Position numbers and translations under genes: made by a program. From positions 32,001-96,000 of the IMG/VR virus record IMGVR_UViG_3300036715_002535: a stretch of DNA of 64,000 nucleotides; one strand, 5' to 3'. A model generated the notes under the pieces. That model searched no databases. It had not been told where the DNA came from and worked only from the letters and a program-made list of their open reading frames with translations. The stretch is from a virus. Below, in pieces: positions 42,994 through 53,721 of this stretch (positions are counted from its first letter, which is position 1; each line of letters starts with the position of its first letter).

Positions 42994-43386
42994 TTAAGCG
43001 AGCTTCAGCTCGTTGCGGGTCTTACCATGGAACTGAGCTTCCCCGCGCTCGGCATTGAAGGTGGTGAAGGGCAAGTTCACCCCACGTTCCTTCAACAGCT
43101 CGCAGAACTCGAAGTCGCAGGCTTCCGGGTACAGGCGCTTGTCTGGCACGTACTCGGTATTCTGTCGAACGTACTGCTCATCCTCGAAAGAAAGGATGTC
43201 ATCTCCGAAGCCGTACATCACCTTGTAGATGATGCCATCTTCGAGGTACACGTGCCATGAATGACGCTCGCATGTGTAACCCCACAGGAGGGTCCGGTCG
43301 GACTGGTTCTTCAGGTCTTCACCCTTGAGAACCACTTCCGGGATACGACGAACCTGCTGAAGTTCCTTGTACTGATCGAGCTGCAT
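42994..43386 (-). CDS. hypothetical phage protein
   Basis: GGAGG RBS; DRTLLWGY, PDKRLYPEACD. Confidence 0.65.
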   Translation of the reverse strand: MQLDQYKELQQVRRIPEVVLKGEDLKNQSDRTLLWGYTCERHSWHVYLEDGIIYKVMYGFGDDILSFEDEQYVRQNTEYVPDKRLYPEACDFEFCELLKERGVNLPFTTFNAERGEAQFHGKTRNELKLA

Positions 43387-43511
43387 TACTTCCTCCAGGG
43401 AGCAGAGATGGGTGCTTGCACATTGATCTTGGCGATGGTGACCTCACGACCACTCTTCAAACGGATCACAAAATCCACTTGAGTGTTCTTCATAAGATCC
43501 TCCACCTAACC

Positions 43512-43542
43512 AATATACTGTTGACAATTAAATCGTCAAGGC
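43512..43542 (-). promoter_or_regulatory. Class I palindromic promoter copy
   Basis: Minus strand GCCTTGAC-N9-GTCAACAG-TATATT. Confidence 0.82.
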
Positions 43543-43572
43543 ACAATTTCTAAAATCGGTGGTTAAATATTC

Positions 43573-43941
43573 ATGTTCGAAAAACTGAAAGCCTATAAAC
43601 GTGAGAAGAAAATCCTGAAAGCCTGTGGCTGCGTTTGCTACTGCCCAAGCTGCAAGGAGCCCTTAAATGATGCATCCGAATGGGCAGGGGACAAAGAAGG
43701 TCTCGGAACCTATATTTGCCAGGTGTGCCGCTTTAAGAGTACATGGCACTTTGGGATTGCTCCGGTCCCCATCTGCCTGAGTGAGCCTGGGAGTGAAGAA
43801 ACCGTTCGCAGATGTCCACATTGCCACAAGCCTTGGGATCGGTTGGACATTCCGGTTTCATCCTGGTGGCTGAAAATGACATTCCGACCGCACATGGCAA
43901 TCATCTGCCGTTCGTGTAAAGAAATTGTAGGGTACGAGTAA
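43573..43941 (+). CDS. multi-CxxC zinc-binding protein
   Basis: CPSC, CQVC, CPHC, CRSC. Confidence 0.6.
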   Translation: MFEKLKAYKREKKILKACGCVCYCPSCKEPLNDASEWAGDKEGLGTYICQVCRFKSTWHFGIAPVPICLSEPGSEETVRRCPHCHKPWDRLDIPVSSWWLKMTFRPHMAIICRSCKEIVGYE

Positions 43942-43943
43942 CC

Positions 43944-43974
43944 GCCTTGACAATTAAATTGTCAATCGTATATT
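43944..43974 (+). promoter_or_regulatory. Class I palindromic promoter copy
   Basis: GCCTTGAC-aattaaatt-GTCAATCG-TATATT. Confidence 0.82.
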
Positions 43975-44728
43975 GGTAATCCGAGGTCCTTATGTGCATT
44001 GAATGCGCTCACATCGCTCAGCTCACAGTTGCAGCCGCTCCAGTGGGAATCTACTGGTGCTTGAAGAAGTTCAAGATCAAACTGCCCAGTAAGAAGAAGC
44101 AGGAGGCAAAGTGAAGTTCGTACATCGCAAGTCCAGTTGGACTGACATCAACTGGTGCCACTGTGGAACTGATCTCTCAGTGCCAGGTCGAACATGGGCG
44201 GTTTGAGTGGACGGAAACGATCCATAGCTTCCCAGTTCGAGTACTTCGTGCCATGGTTGGGCTCTCTCGTCCTTCGACTCCAAAGATCTGGGTCAAGTGG
44301 AAGGAGTGCTCTAATCCCTCGGGGCACCAATGAGTGTAGATGTTGAGAAATTACAATTGTTGATTATCGCTGTTGCCGAAGGTCGTGCAACAGTTCCCTT
44401 GGATGAAGAGACTCCAGGGTGCCTGCGAGCTGTTCAGAAGCTACGGCAGGTCGCAGATCAAGCCAGGATGGATCTAGCTAATCTTCTTCGGTAAAGACGT
44501 GGGGGGAAACCTTCATCCACCCATCGTAAGACCCACCGAAGTTTTCACCTTGTGGATCATCTGAATCATTGACAAGCATCTTACGTAGCTTGTCCTCGAA
44601 CTGTTCGAGTGAAAGCTTCTTCTGATTGTAGATCACCACTGTCCAACCAGTAGAGCTTTCATCCGTGTAACCGGACATATCGCATTCGCAACCACAAAGT
44701 TTCTCTACCGCCTGCTTGAGCTGCTTCC

Positions 44729-45061
44729 TCAACCCTGGAGCATATCTACACGGATGTACTGAGGTGCCTTGGGCTTGGCAGCTTTCTTAGAAGTTTCCTT
44801 CAACCTAGCTTGCTTCGCTTTCTTGTCGTGCTGTATTGCCATCTTGGTGTGGTGAGACATTTCTGAATCTTTACCAATTTTCTCGTAAAGGGTTGCTGCA
44901 ATTCTATGTAGGTGGGCAGCTTTGACATGGTCCTCAAACGAATTCTCTTTATCGGCTTTAGTTGTAGCTTCATTCGCTTTGATGGTAGCAGCCGCAGCTT
45001 TGTCCTTGTAGGTACCAGAGGTCAATTTTTCCGGCACGGTTGCTTTGACATGGAGCTTCAT
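44729..45061 (-). CDS. Lys/Ala/His-rich protein, KLRIxA N-terminal family
   Basis: GGTTAGAAT upstream (45078-45086), GAGGT RBS; begins MKLHVKAT. Confidence 0.65.
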   Translation of the reverse strand: MKLHVKATVPEKLTSGTYKDKAAAATIKANEATTKADKENSFEDHVKAAHLHRIAATLYEKIGKDSEMSHHTKMAIQHDKKAKQARLKETSKKAAKPKAPQYIRVDMLQG

Positions 45062-45711
45062 CTGCCACCTCTATTCTATTCTAACCGACATTCGTGAGGT
45101 TAAATCTTTGAGGGCAAAATGAAGCGTGTAATCATAGTTGCACTTCAGCAATACCTGAACAATGGACACGAACCTCGCCAGTCTGGAGCCCTCTGCAAGA
45201 ACTGGCGCCAGGTACGAGAGATCCTGAGGAATGAATACAAAGACTGCAAGGTAACCATCTTCCGCCAGAAGTGGGCTCTACCTTACAAAGACTTCTGGGT
45301 CAAATCTGCGAGGAAGGAAGTTACCATCTATCTCAAAGGATTCAAGAAGTGAGAGCATGGTTTCGTAGACTCGGATGTTCTTTGGGATTTCATTCTTATT
45401 GTTTCCACATGGAATACTATCCTTATGAAGAGGGTGGAATCCAAGGAACATGTGCTTGGTGGATCCACTCTTGTTGCGACACTCCCCTAGAACCTGTTGA
45501 GTACAAGGTGACCAATGATTCTGACGCCTGAAGTAAAAGCTGAAATCGATAAGCTATCCATCTACCAGCTACTCCAAAGGAACCGCTTCGCACCTGCAGG
45601 AGACGAAATCTTCGAAGGTGAATCTGGTACCTACTTTCTGAAACGTATGTGCGAACTGCGTGATGCAAACCCTGCAGCGTACTCTCGTGCATCCCGAGAC
45701 TTGGGTTGGGG

Positions 45712-46131
45712 ATGAAACCACTTCCAATGATGATAATCTGGATTCTGTGCGGTCTAGGCATTGCCGCGATGAGCATGGCCATCCTTATGCTGCATCGAAA
45801 TCGCCTGGTGTATCAATGGAGAACTAGAGCAAATTGTTCGTGGGCAGCTCGTTCCCAACTTGTAAGTGATCTCCTGAAACAGAACCCCTACATGTGGGCT
45901 CACTTCCCGGAAGACTTTAACTGGATCCTGCAAACAAGTAGTAAGTTCTGTTGTGAGATCTATGGTACACTTCCTTCGCACTCAGCCATGATAAATAATC
46001 TCCGTGCCTGGAACTACGAACAAGCGACTGGAGACTACGAAGTTCAACTTGAACTCACTCTCCAAACGATTCTTGATCGAGTTCACGAGGTCGAGGACAA
46101 GTACGAGTTCCTAAAACAGAGATATCTATGA
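45712..46131 (+). CDS. membrane-anchored hypothetical protein
   Basis: N-terminal TM; RNRLVYQWR resembles RIDLVYRSR of 13820..14140. Confidence 0.55.
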   Translation: MKPLPMMIIWILCGLGIAAMSMAILMLHRNRLVYQWRTRANCSWAARSQLVSDLLKQNPYMWAHFPEDFNWILQTSSKFCCEIYGTLPSHSAMINNLRAWNYEQATGDYEVQLELTLQTILDRVHEVEDKYEFLKQRYL

Positions 46132-46468
46132 GTTCCTATGAATGTCCGGTTTGCGAGTCCAAGGGATTCGAACCCAGTCGAACTGGTTATGGTTGCGCCT
46201 TCTGTGATGGAACTGAAGGCGGCAACCCACCTAGAAACTCCCGCGAGGAACTGGAAGCCCTACTCCAAGAAGCCAAGATCAAACTCCACCGCTGTCAGCA
46301 CGAACTGAACAATCTAGTTCAGGGAGTGAAAATGATCGAGGAACTCCTTGAAGTTGGTTATGGCGTGAAACAGAATTTACCGGAGTTTCCTGCCCCTTGG
46401 ACTTGTACGGACTGCCAACAACTGGTCCCTTCTGGTCAGTACCATGATTGTAAAGGTGGAACACTGTA

Positions 46469-46669
46469 ATGCCCCTGTACGTGTATACCTGCGATCATTG
46501 CCATGCTAGTCACGAACTCCTAGAATCCCTCTCAGCTCCAGTACGACACGACTGCCCTTTCTGCAACTCCCAGGATTCTATGACACGTACTATCTCCCTC
46601 CCATCTTTTACATTGAATGGTGAAGGATGGTACAAGGATGGCTACTCGAAAGGTAAGGTGAAGGAATGA
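46469..46669 (+). CDS. FmdB-family zinc ribbon protein
   Basis: MPLYVYTC..C....E...CP.C...IS...F.L.G.GWY.DGY. Confidence 0.85.
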   Translation: MPLYVYTCDHCHASHELLESLSAPVRHDCPFCNSQDSMTRTISLPSFTLNGEGWYKDGYSKGKVKE

Positions 46670-48728
46670 GTCTGACCTACATCCTCATGCCTAGTATCTT
46701 AGCCTTTGGAACCTACAGCACATTTCCTATTCCGCTTCCGAGCAGGCGCTGAAGTGACATCGAAACAAGATCGCAAACGCTTGACCAAGTCTTCACGAAG
46801 ATTCTTTCGTAGAATGATCCGCAAGGGTGTTTTGATCAAGGTTAATTCCTTGAAGCTTGGATCCGTACGGGGAGTGAACTTCGCATGAGCAACGATCAAA
46901 AAGAGTTTCTCCTCAAGCTAAATATTCTGCTTCGTGAGTACAATGTCACACTCGCCACGTGTAGAGATACTGACGGCATCTCCATCATTATGGGTGGAGA
47001 AGAGTTTGCTTGCCCCATGGAACTTCCCACTGAATTCGAATCACCTGTGAAGGGTCATCTGTGAAAGAGCTACGGAAGTCCGTTTTCATCAAATTTGATC
47101 CACTTGCACCGGACCCCACCCGAACCTTCGAGAAGATGGAAACTGAGCACCCTGAGGTTGCCTTGAAGTGGATCGAGGAGATGGCAAGGGAAGAGGATGA
47201 ACGCATCATCCAACACTGGGTACGCAAGTGTGATCGTAAATTCCGCAAGCAGGACTATCGCACTTGGAAGTCCCTCCAGAACCTACCCATCAAAGCACGT
47301 GTTATCAAGATGTCCACGGAGAAAGGATCCTAATGGTTTTTGATTCCACTATCCACAAGGACTCTCGTACCCACGAGATCGATATCCTCTTCAATGAAGA
47401 AGATACCGTGAATGTACCTGAGCTGATCAATCAGTTCCACCTTATTGCACTTCTCCTCAAACCAAATACGAAGAAATCTATTAAGTATCAAAATCAATTC
47501 GTACTGACCGTCCGCGCCAAGAAGAACTTCACCCCAGCAGCCTTTCTGTCCGAACATAAATCCTTCTTAGACGAACTTGCAGTACGTGGTCACATAAGGG
47601 AAAACTGATGAGAACCCTTCGTGAGGTTTCGATTGAACTCTATGAACTCCTGACAGAGGGAATAGATGATCCACTCAACTGGGAATCTTACGAAGATCCC
47701 AAGATGGGACCTCTCCTCCAGGAACTGCGTGCTAATCTTTCCACCGCTTCCACGAACACCCTTGCCATTGAAGATGTGGAAGCCCTCCAAGAACAAAGAT
47801 GCCGAATCAATGCGCTCCCCCTGGAATCCATCACTTGGACTGAGAAGGGATGCATCATACCAGTCACCCAACAGCAAATCGAAGATTTCAAATTCACTGG
47901 CCTGAGCAACCTGGACTTCGTTAAACTTCGATGGTGGACGGTGACCCTATGATCGAACTCATCCAAAGATTACTCATTGGTCATGCCCACCAGTATACCA
48001 CAATCAAAGAGGTGGAGTACAAAGCCTCCACGATCTATCCCACGAGGTTCGTGTACGTGATGCAATGCACCCATTGTGGCAAGATCAAATCCAAGACGGT
48101 GACACCATGAGCGGCGGTCACTACGATTATGCCTACAGCAGGATCAATCAGCTCGCAACTGATATCCGAGCGGATGTCATCAAGCGCTCCCAACCTTACA
48201 AAGAAGGTTACGGCGAGTACATCGTCGAACCCCTCCCTCCGGATATCCTCGCCCACATGACCCACCTTGCCCAGTTCCTTGATCAAGCTGGAGAATCCGC
48301 AAGGGACCTCGAATGGTTCCTGTCCGGAGATTATGGCGAAGATACCCTACGCGACTGCCCCTCCTGGAAATTGAGCGAAGCCCAAAGAAAGGTGGATGTC
48401 TAGTCTACCCTTCGACTTCCTTCCTGAACTGATTCCAAACGAGTACTATGACCGATTATAAAGTCCTATTCTCCCAAACCGTAGAGGATCTCCAAGAACA
48501 AGTCAAGACCCACCTGAACGATGGCTACCAGCTCGTGGGCGGCCTGAGTGTGGATGGCTCCGGTCAGCCAAACATGTTCTATCTATACCAAGCAGTTGCC
48601 AAGCTAGCCTGAAGCGCGCGGTCCTATCTACCTTTTGATTGTTATTCGTGCCGGGCGAAAAATGCCTTTTCCCCTCTACTAGCAATACGAACAAGTTGGC
48701 CCTTCCCCCTACTTCAGTCGAGGTTCCC

Positions 48729-49190
48729 ATGAATGACTTCTGCCCCACCAAGATCGTATCCCTCGAAGTCCAAGAAAATGGAATCATACGCACGCTGGAT
48801 GGCAATATCTGTGCACGCCTCGTAGATGACTTTGAATATGCACAACTCCCTCTACCCTCTAAGATAAACTATCCTGGCACCGTCATTAATGAGAAGCTGA
48901 CACCCCCGCAGGGAACCCCCACTACTGCGCATGAACTTGCCGCCCTACTCCTCCAATGCCCCGAGGGTACCCTAGTCAATGTCATTGCGAATAACTATGC
49001 CTACCCCTTCACTATCACTTATGGAGGAGGAGGAGATAGTGAAGGCCGCTCTACCTACACCACAATCAGTTTGTACGTGGATGCCCTGAATGGCTTTGAA
49101 AAGTTGCAAAAGGTGATCGAAGAAGTAAAATCCTCTCGTACCGAGAGATTACATCTCCTGGGAGATCATCCCAGAGATCTCAAAGAGTAA
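48729..49190 (+). CDS. hypothetical protein
   Basis: GAGG RBS, ATG 48729. Confidence 0.55.
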   Translation: MNDFCPTKIVSLEVQENGIIRTLDGNICARLVDDFEYAQLPLPSKINYPGTVINEKLTPPQGTPTTAHELAALLLQCPEGTLVNVIANNYAYPFTITYGGGGDSEGRSTYTTISLYVDALNGFEKLQKVIEEVKSSRTERLHLLGDHPRDLKE

Positions 49191-49627
49191 CACTTCGTGC
49201 TTGGGTTACCAAGCACCCCGGAGAATCCACGTGAAAAAAGAGACATCTTCTCGTAGCTGGGGCAGGTAATGGTGATCCGCTTAGGTGGTATCAAACCCTA
49301 CGAGTGTCCCTGCTGTGGGGTCAAAACCCATACTACCACGAATAGTGAGGGCGCCATGGTAACCTATCATGGAGATCCGCGCTGCCCCTTTTATAGTAAG
49401 AAGGAGAGGACCGATGAGGGATTGCTGCCTACGCAACCATTGCCCCCTCTGTAGAGGGGAGACCCATATTGATAGTTACGTTTGTCCCTGCCATAAGCAA
49501 ATTACTGATGATAATTTGCCGTTAATTGAAAGTGCGCATGAGGGTAAAAATTCGGTGTCGGCGAAAAACGGCATGAGGGCAATTATACGACCTGCGCAGG
49601 ATTTTCGCCGGTAGACGATATTTAGAA

Positions 49628-49810
49628 ACACGGGGGTGGCGAAGTTTTTATAGGGTTCAACGGGGCACCCCCGTGTAGGGAACTAGGGGGTGGGCAGTCT
49701 CTAGGGCACCCCCGTCCGGAGAGCCTAGTCTCCTCGTGCCCCACTAGTCTCCTAGCTCTACTCTCTAGTCTCTCTAGTCTCCTAGCTCTAGTCTCCTAGC
49801 TCTAGTCTCT
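49628..49810. repeat. Two G/C inverted repeats followed by CTAG-based short tandem repeats
   Basis: ACACGGGGGTG (49628-38)/CACCCCCGTGT (49666-76); GGGGGTG (49686-92)/CACCCCC (49707-13); CTAGTCT/CTAGCT units 49725-49810. Confidence 0.8.
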
Positions 49811-50188
49811 GCCCAGTGAGCCAGGTGGGGAAGCAGGGAGCTCCCTGGTCCTCGTGGAGTTTGATACAGGTAGGACAGTAGGGACCCTCGCCACAGTAGT
49901 GGCACAAGGCTAAGAGACTGGAGGGGCAGGAGCACTTACAGCCAGGGCACTCTACTGTGAGAGGTACCTCAGGTCCACGCAGAGGGGTACTAGTCATACT
50001 CATACTCCCCAGGAGGGAAGGGAGGGTGCCACGTGCTGGAGGTCATCGTCCATCTCCCAGGGTCAGGGAACCATAGGCACGCTGACGGAGCTCAAGGATC
50101 CTCTCTAGGTCCTCTGGCTTGTAGTCGAGGGACTCGAGGTGGGTACGGAACTGTAGGTCCTGAGGATCATCTAGAGGGATAGGGTTGG

Positions 50189-50686
50189 TCATACTTCCAC
50201 TTCTTCGATGGTGAACTCGTTGTAGGTGAACGCCACGATGTCCCAAAAGAACTGCTCGTGCTCGTGAACGCGGGAGATAGATTTGGACCCCCACTCGGAG
50301 GAGTTACGGGCTTCCTGGGTGGCGAACTTCAGGTCGAACACCGTGGAGCAGAGATCCTTGCTGTCGTAAACCTCCGACACACGGCGCTTGGTGGCGGGCA
50401 AGTCCACAGTACTTGGGCGACCCTTGAAGGCGTCGGCAGGAAGTTTCCACTTCTCGACCCACCAGTTGATGTCCTCCTGGGCAGGGTCGATCATGCTGAG
50501 ACGCTGGATCTCCGCGACCTGCTCGTCGTAGCCGGCGGTGAACCCCAGCAGGTTCTTGAAGCGTGCCCACTTGGAGGGTTCCTGCTTCGTGGCAGGGAAC
50601 TCTTCCCACTTGGGACAGATGTGGTTCTGACAGAAGATGGCGTATCCCATGTCGTCAGGCTCCTGGACAGGATCAGGCGGGTTCAT
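50189..50686 (-). CDS. hypothetical protein
   Basis: Coding-like codon use; start uncertain. Confidence 0.55.
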   Translation of the reverse strand: MNPPDPVQEPDDMGYAIFCQNHICPKWEEFPATKQEPSKWARFKNLLGFTAGYDEQVAEIQRLSMIDPAQEDINWWVEKWKLPADAFKGRPSTVDLPATKRRVSEVYDSKDLCSTVFDLKFATQEARNSSEWGSKSISRVHEHEQFFWDIVAFTYNEFTIEEVEV

Positions 50687-50903
50687 AGGTGGCGGCGAAG
50701 ATGTCGGGTTTGATCGGATAGAAATGCACTCCATCCGGTTCTGGCACAATCCAATCCCCTGCCTGGATGTAGCAGCGTTGCCCATGGATCGTGACAACAT
50801 AGGGGGCGAGGTCTTCTTCCCTACGCCACACACCTGCGGGGTCGTTCATACCGTCAAACTGAACCGCTTCGATCTCAACAGGGATCTTTCGGAATCTCGG
50901 CAT
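50673..50903 (-). CDS. conserved phage protein (EAVQF...GDWIV...YP.KPDIF..TYE type)
   Basis: Widespread phage motif; AAAGG RBS. Confidence 0.7.
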   Translation of the reverse strand: MPRFRKIPVEIEAVQFDGMNDPAGVWRREEDLAPYVVTIHGQRCYIQAGDWIVPEPDGVHFYPIKPDIFAATYEPA

Positions 50904-50908
50904 GGCGT

Positions 50909-51184
50909 CCTTTCGAGGGTCGTGCAGCTGGATATTAGCAATCATCCATGTATGCCTTGCAGCAGACTCACGCCTGGGGTTTCGAGAGGATGTAGACATC
51001 AATTTGCTCGGGCGTCAGATTGTCGTGATCCCACAGTTCCTTCGATGCCCTGTTCCGGCGCTCCTCACAGGTGCACAGGTAGGCGCGGCTAGGGTGCGCC
51101 CCAAGGTAGGGGCAGTTGGCGAGATGAGTGTAGGGCTGTTGGTCGAGGTTCATTGAAAGCCCTTTCGAGGGTCGTGCAGCTGGA
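50909..51184 (-). repeat. 24-bp perfect direct repeat pair upstream of consecutive genes
   Basis: CCTTTCGAGGGTCGTGCAGCTGGA (plus strand) at 50909-50932 and 51161-51184. Confidence 0.85.
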
Positions 51185-51190
51185 CAGGTG

Positions 51191-51415
51191 CTATATGTTG
51201 AGGAAGACGATGCGTCGTGACAGGATTTTCTCGTATTGCTCCATGACCAGTTCCTGTTTGCACAGGAGGGATTTGTTCTCTCTGTCCAGCGAGTCGAACT
51301 CCTTGGTGTCAATGAAACTCCTGAGTTTCTCCAAGCGCTCACGCAGCTCTGTGCGCTCATTGAGGAGTCGGGCCTTCACATCCTCTTCCATCTTGTTTCC
51401 TTGAGGGTTGGTCAT
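51191..51415 (-). CDS. crAss001_48-related coiled-coil protein
   Basis: RL..E..EL.ERLEKL..F....F..L......LL..Q...M..Y..IL..RI. Confidence 0.65.
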   Translation of the reverse strand: MTNPQGNKMEEDVKARLLNERTELRERLEKLRSFIDTKEFDSLDRENKSLLCKQELVMEQYEKILSRRIVFLNI

Positions 51416-51791
51416 TTGGTTTTCTCCTGTACGGTCTTGTAGGAGTAGTGGACTGGTGTGAGCATGACTTGTACCTTGAGGGCGCCCACCTTGAAGGTGA
51501 AGCCAAAGGGGCGCTTGATCATTTTGAGGAAGGTGCCACCAGAGGCTTCCACGACTGGCTTGAGCTGCGCACTGAAGGTCTGAACATCCTGGGAAGGATC
51601 CTTATCCCAGGACTTGAGGGCATTGTTGATGTGCCAGCGTGCATCCTGATAGACCTTGTTGGCTACCTCTCTTTGTTCCAGCGTGGGTGCTTCCATAGTG
51701 GCTCTCTCCTGTTAGGGATAACCCTAAGGATGGTTCTTCGTGATAGGTATATCTCCCAACCCCTTGAGAATCCTCCCAGATCCTATTATTG

Positions 51792-51822
51792 CCCTTGACA
51801 ATTAATATGTCAAGGGTATATT
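51792..51822 (+). promoter_or_regulatory. Class I palindromic promoter copy (possibly bidirectional)
   Basis: CCCTTGAC-aattaatat-GTCAAGGG-TATATT between divergent genes. Confidence 0.88.
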
Positions 51823-51838
51823 TATAGCTGGGACAACC

Positions 51839-52084
51839 ATGGCACGCACGCTACCGCCTATCCCGAGGAGGAACAAAGTGCTAAAGAGTAACTTCAATAA
51901 GCTCAAGCCTGGAATCTATTCAGTTTACTGGAGAGGTCTTCTTGGAACGATGAGAGAACAAGATTGCTTGGCTGCCGTTGGAATCTCTGAGGATGGTACC
52001 CGCTGGATCGCTCCTACAGATAGCACTCGGCCAATGGTAGATGGAGCTCATAAAAAGATCGAAAAGATCACTAGGATCTTATAG
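51839..52084 (+). CDS. hypothetical protein
   Basis: After promoter; MARTLPP start shared with 52919 gene. Confidence 0.55.
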   Translation: MARTLPPIPRRNKVLKSNFNKLKPGIYSVYWRGLLGTMREQDCLAAVGISEDGTRWIAPTDSTRPMVDGAHKKIEKITRIL

Positions 52085-52381
52085 TCCACGAGTACGATTG
52101 GGATTGCACAGGAATCGTTCTCATACAATCACCGCCTTCACTATGGCACTCTGACCTTCAGCTCGGTCGGTATGGGTGATAGAAGTCACCTTAGCAAACT
52201 TAGCTCCACCCAACTTAGCTGAATCCTCTTTGGTCAAACGAATCATCTCTCCAGCGATAGGGACTCGTGATAATTTAATAAAGGTGGTTAATGTCTTCGT
52301 GTCGATCTTATTCTTCGCCATGGTATTTCCTTTGAGGGTGTAGGGTGTGAGGTCGGGATCCAGCAGTGGTTCGAACATGTC

Positions 52382-52741
52382 TTAATGTTCGTAGTCCTTC
52401 TCGATCCGTTGGAGGGTATCGTTTTTGAATTTGCAACCTTTCAACGTGAGGAAGGCACGGATATGTTGTTTGTAGTGTTCAGGAACTTGGGGATCGATGA
52501 GGTACAAGCGTGCTCGCATTGTTTCCATCTCATCGTCCGGATCAACTTCCTTCTTCACCTGGCTGAGGGTGTAGGCTTCATTCTCCTCGCGATACTCATC
52601 TGGGAAGGGATTGGTTACCATACCCAGGTCAGCAAGATCATCTGTCACGCAGGAGGCTTCGAATCCATCGATGGCGAGGAACTGCATGGTGCGTTTGTAG
52701 TTGGCTTCGAGGGTGGATCTTGTCTGTAGGTTCATTACCAT
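52382..52741 (-). CDS. hypothetical protein
   Basis: 119-aa ORF. Confidence 0.55.
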   Translation of the reverse strand: MVMNLQTRSTLEANYKRTMQFLAIDGFEASCVTDDLADLGMVTNPFPDEYREENEAYTLSQVKKEVDPDDEMETMRARLYLIDPQVPEHYKQHIRAFLTLKGCKFKNDTLQRIEKDYEH

Positions 52742-52869
52742 AGCCTAGTCCACCACAAGGAGATGTGCGTGTACCAAGGGATAACCGGTTTAAGATCCTC
52801 TTTCCGGATAGCTTTACGAGGTTGTCGAACAACTGGGCTCTGCACGAGTGCCTCCACATACCAATATTG

Positions 52870-52900
52870 CCCTTGACGAATTAAATGTCAAGGGTATATT
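52870..52900 (+). promoter_or_regulatory. Class I palindromic promoter copy (possibly bidirectional)
   Basis: CCCTTGAC-gaattaaat-GTCAAGGG-TATATT; CAATATT on the opposite side. Confidence 0.88.
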
Positions 52901-52918
52901 TATAGCTAAGAGGTAACT

Positions 52919-53119
52919 ATGGCACGCAAGCTACCGCCTACAAGATACTCCAAGGTATCGGATGCAGGGTTGGAGTACATCATCAAGGATGCAACTGAGG
53001 CGCTGCGTGCCATCGAATCCTTCGAGGATCCCAAGCATCCCAGTCTGGCAAAGTACACAGATCAGGTGAACGATGCTTGTACTGAGAAGTATAGGAGAAG
53101 CCAACGTCCAAAAGTCTGA
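52919..53119 (+). CDS. hypothetical protein
   Basis: GAGGT RBS after promoter. Confidence 0.65.
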   Translation: MARKLPPTRYSKVSDAGLEYIIKDATEALRAIESFEDPKHPSLAKYTDQVNDACTEKYRRSQRPKV

Positions 53120-53721
53120 AAGCTTAATGGTGGGAGGCAGATTTGGAAACCTACACGGATCGGCTTGCAGGGCATCGTTCGAAGTTAGCGCTCTTTCAGA
53201 AGCAGATGTCCAATCCAGCTACCAAGCCGGAGAGGTTAGAGAAATTGAAAGTGTGGTGTAGGAAGCATGAACGTAGCATCCGCATCATTGAAATCCTTTT
53301 GGATATCAAACCCTAGGAGGAACGATGTACGATTATGATCTGAAGTTCAAGGACGCTCAGGGGAAGGTGGTCAAGTCCATCTCCTACCAAAGTCTCATCA
53401 CCCTCCTGATGGTAAGGGATGAAATGGTACAGGGTAGACCCCTCTCCGAAGGCGGTACCCCTCAGGTGGCTATGATCTCCGAAATGGTACGCAACAAGCT
53501 AGGCGCTTCGTCCGTGGATGTCTTCTTCAATGGCAACCAGATTCTGTAAAGGGAGAATTTATGAATGGCTGGAAACTCTATATTGAAGATTCATTGAATA
53601 ATGAAAAGGTGGTTCAGAATCCAGATGGGCAGTCCCTCAGAGCTTAGACTCTAGAAAGAAAGGAATCTGTCATGGCTAAGCTTGAAGATCAATTTGAACT
53701 TAATTTGTAAGAGGCACAACC

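Noticed and set aside
44478-45061. Programmed frameshift joining 44729..45061 and 44478..44732
   Set aside because: No recognisable slippery site; a simple TTG/TGA overlap explains it
46155-46185. tRNA-like GGGTTCGAATCCC on the minus strand
   Set aside because: No cloverleaf; lies in coding sequence for CESKGFEPS
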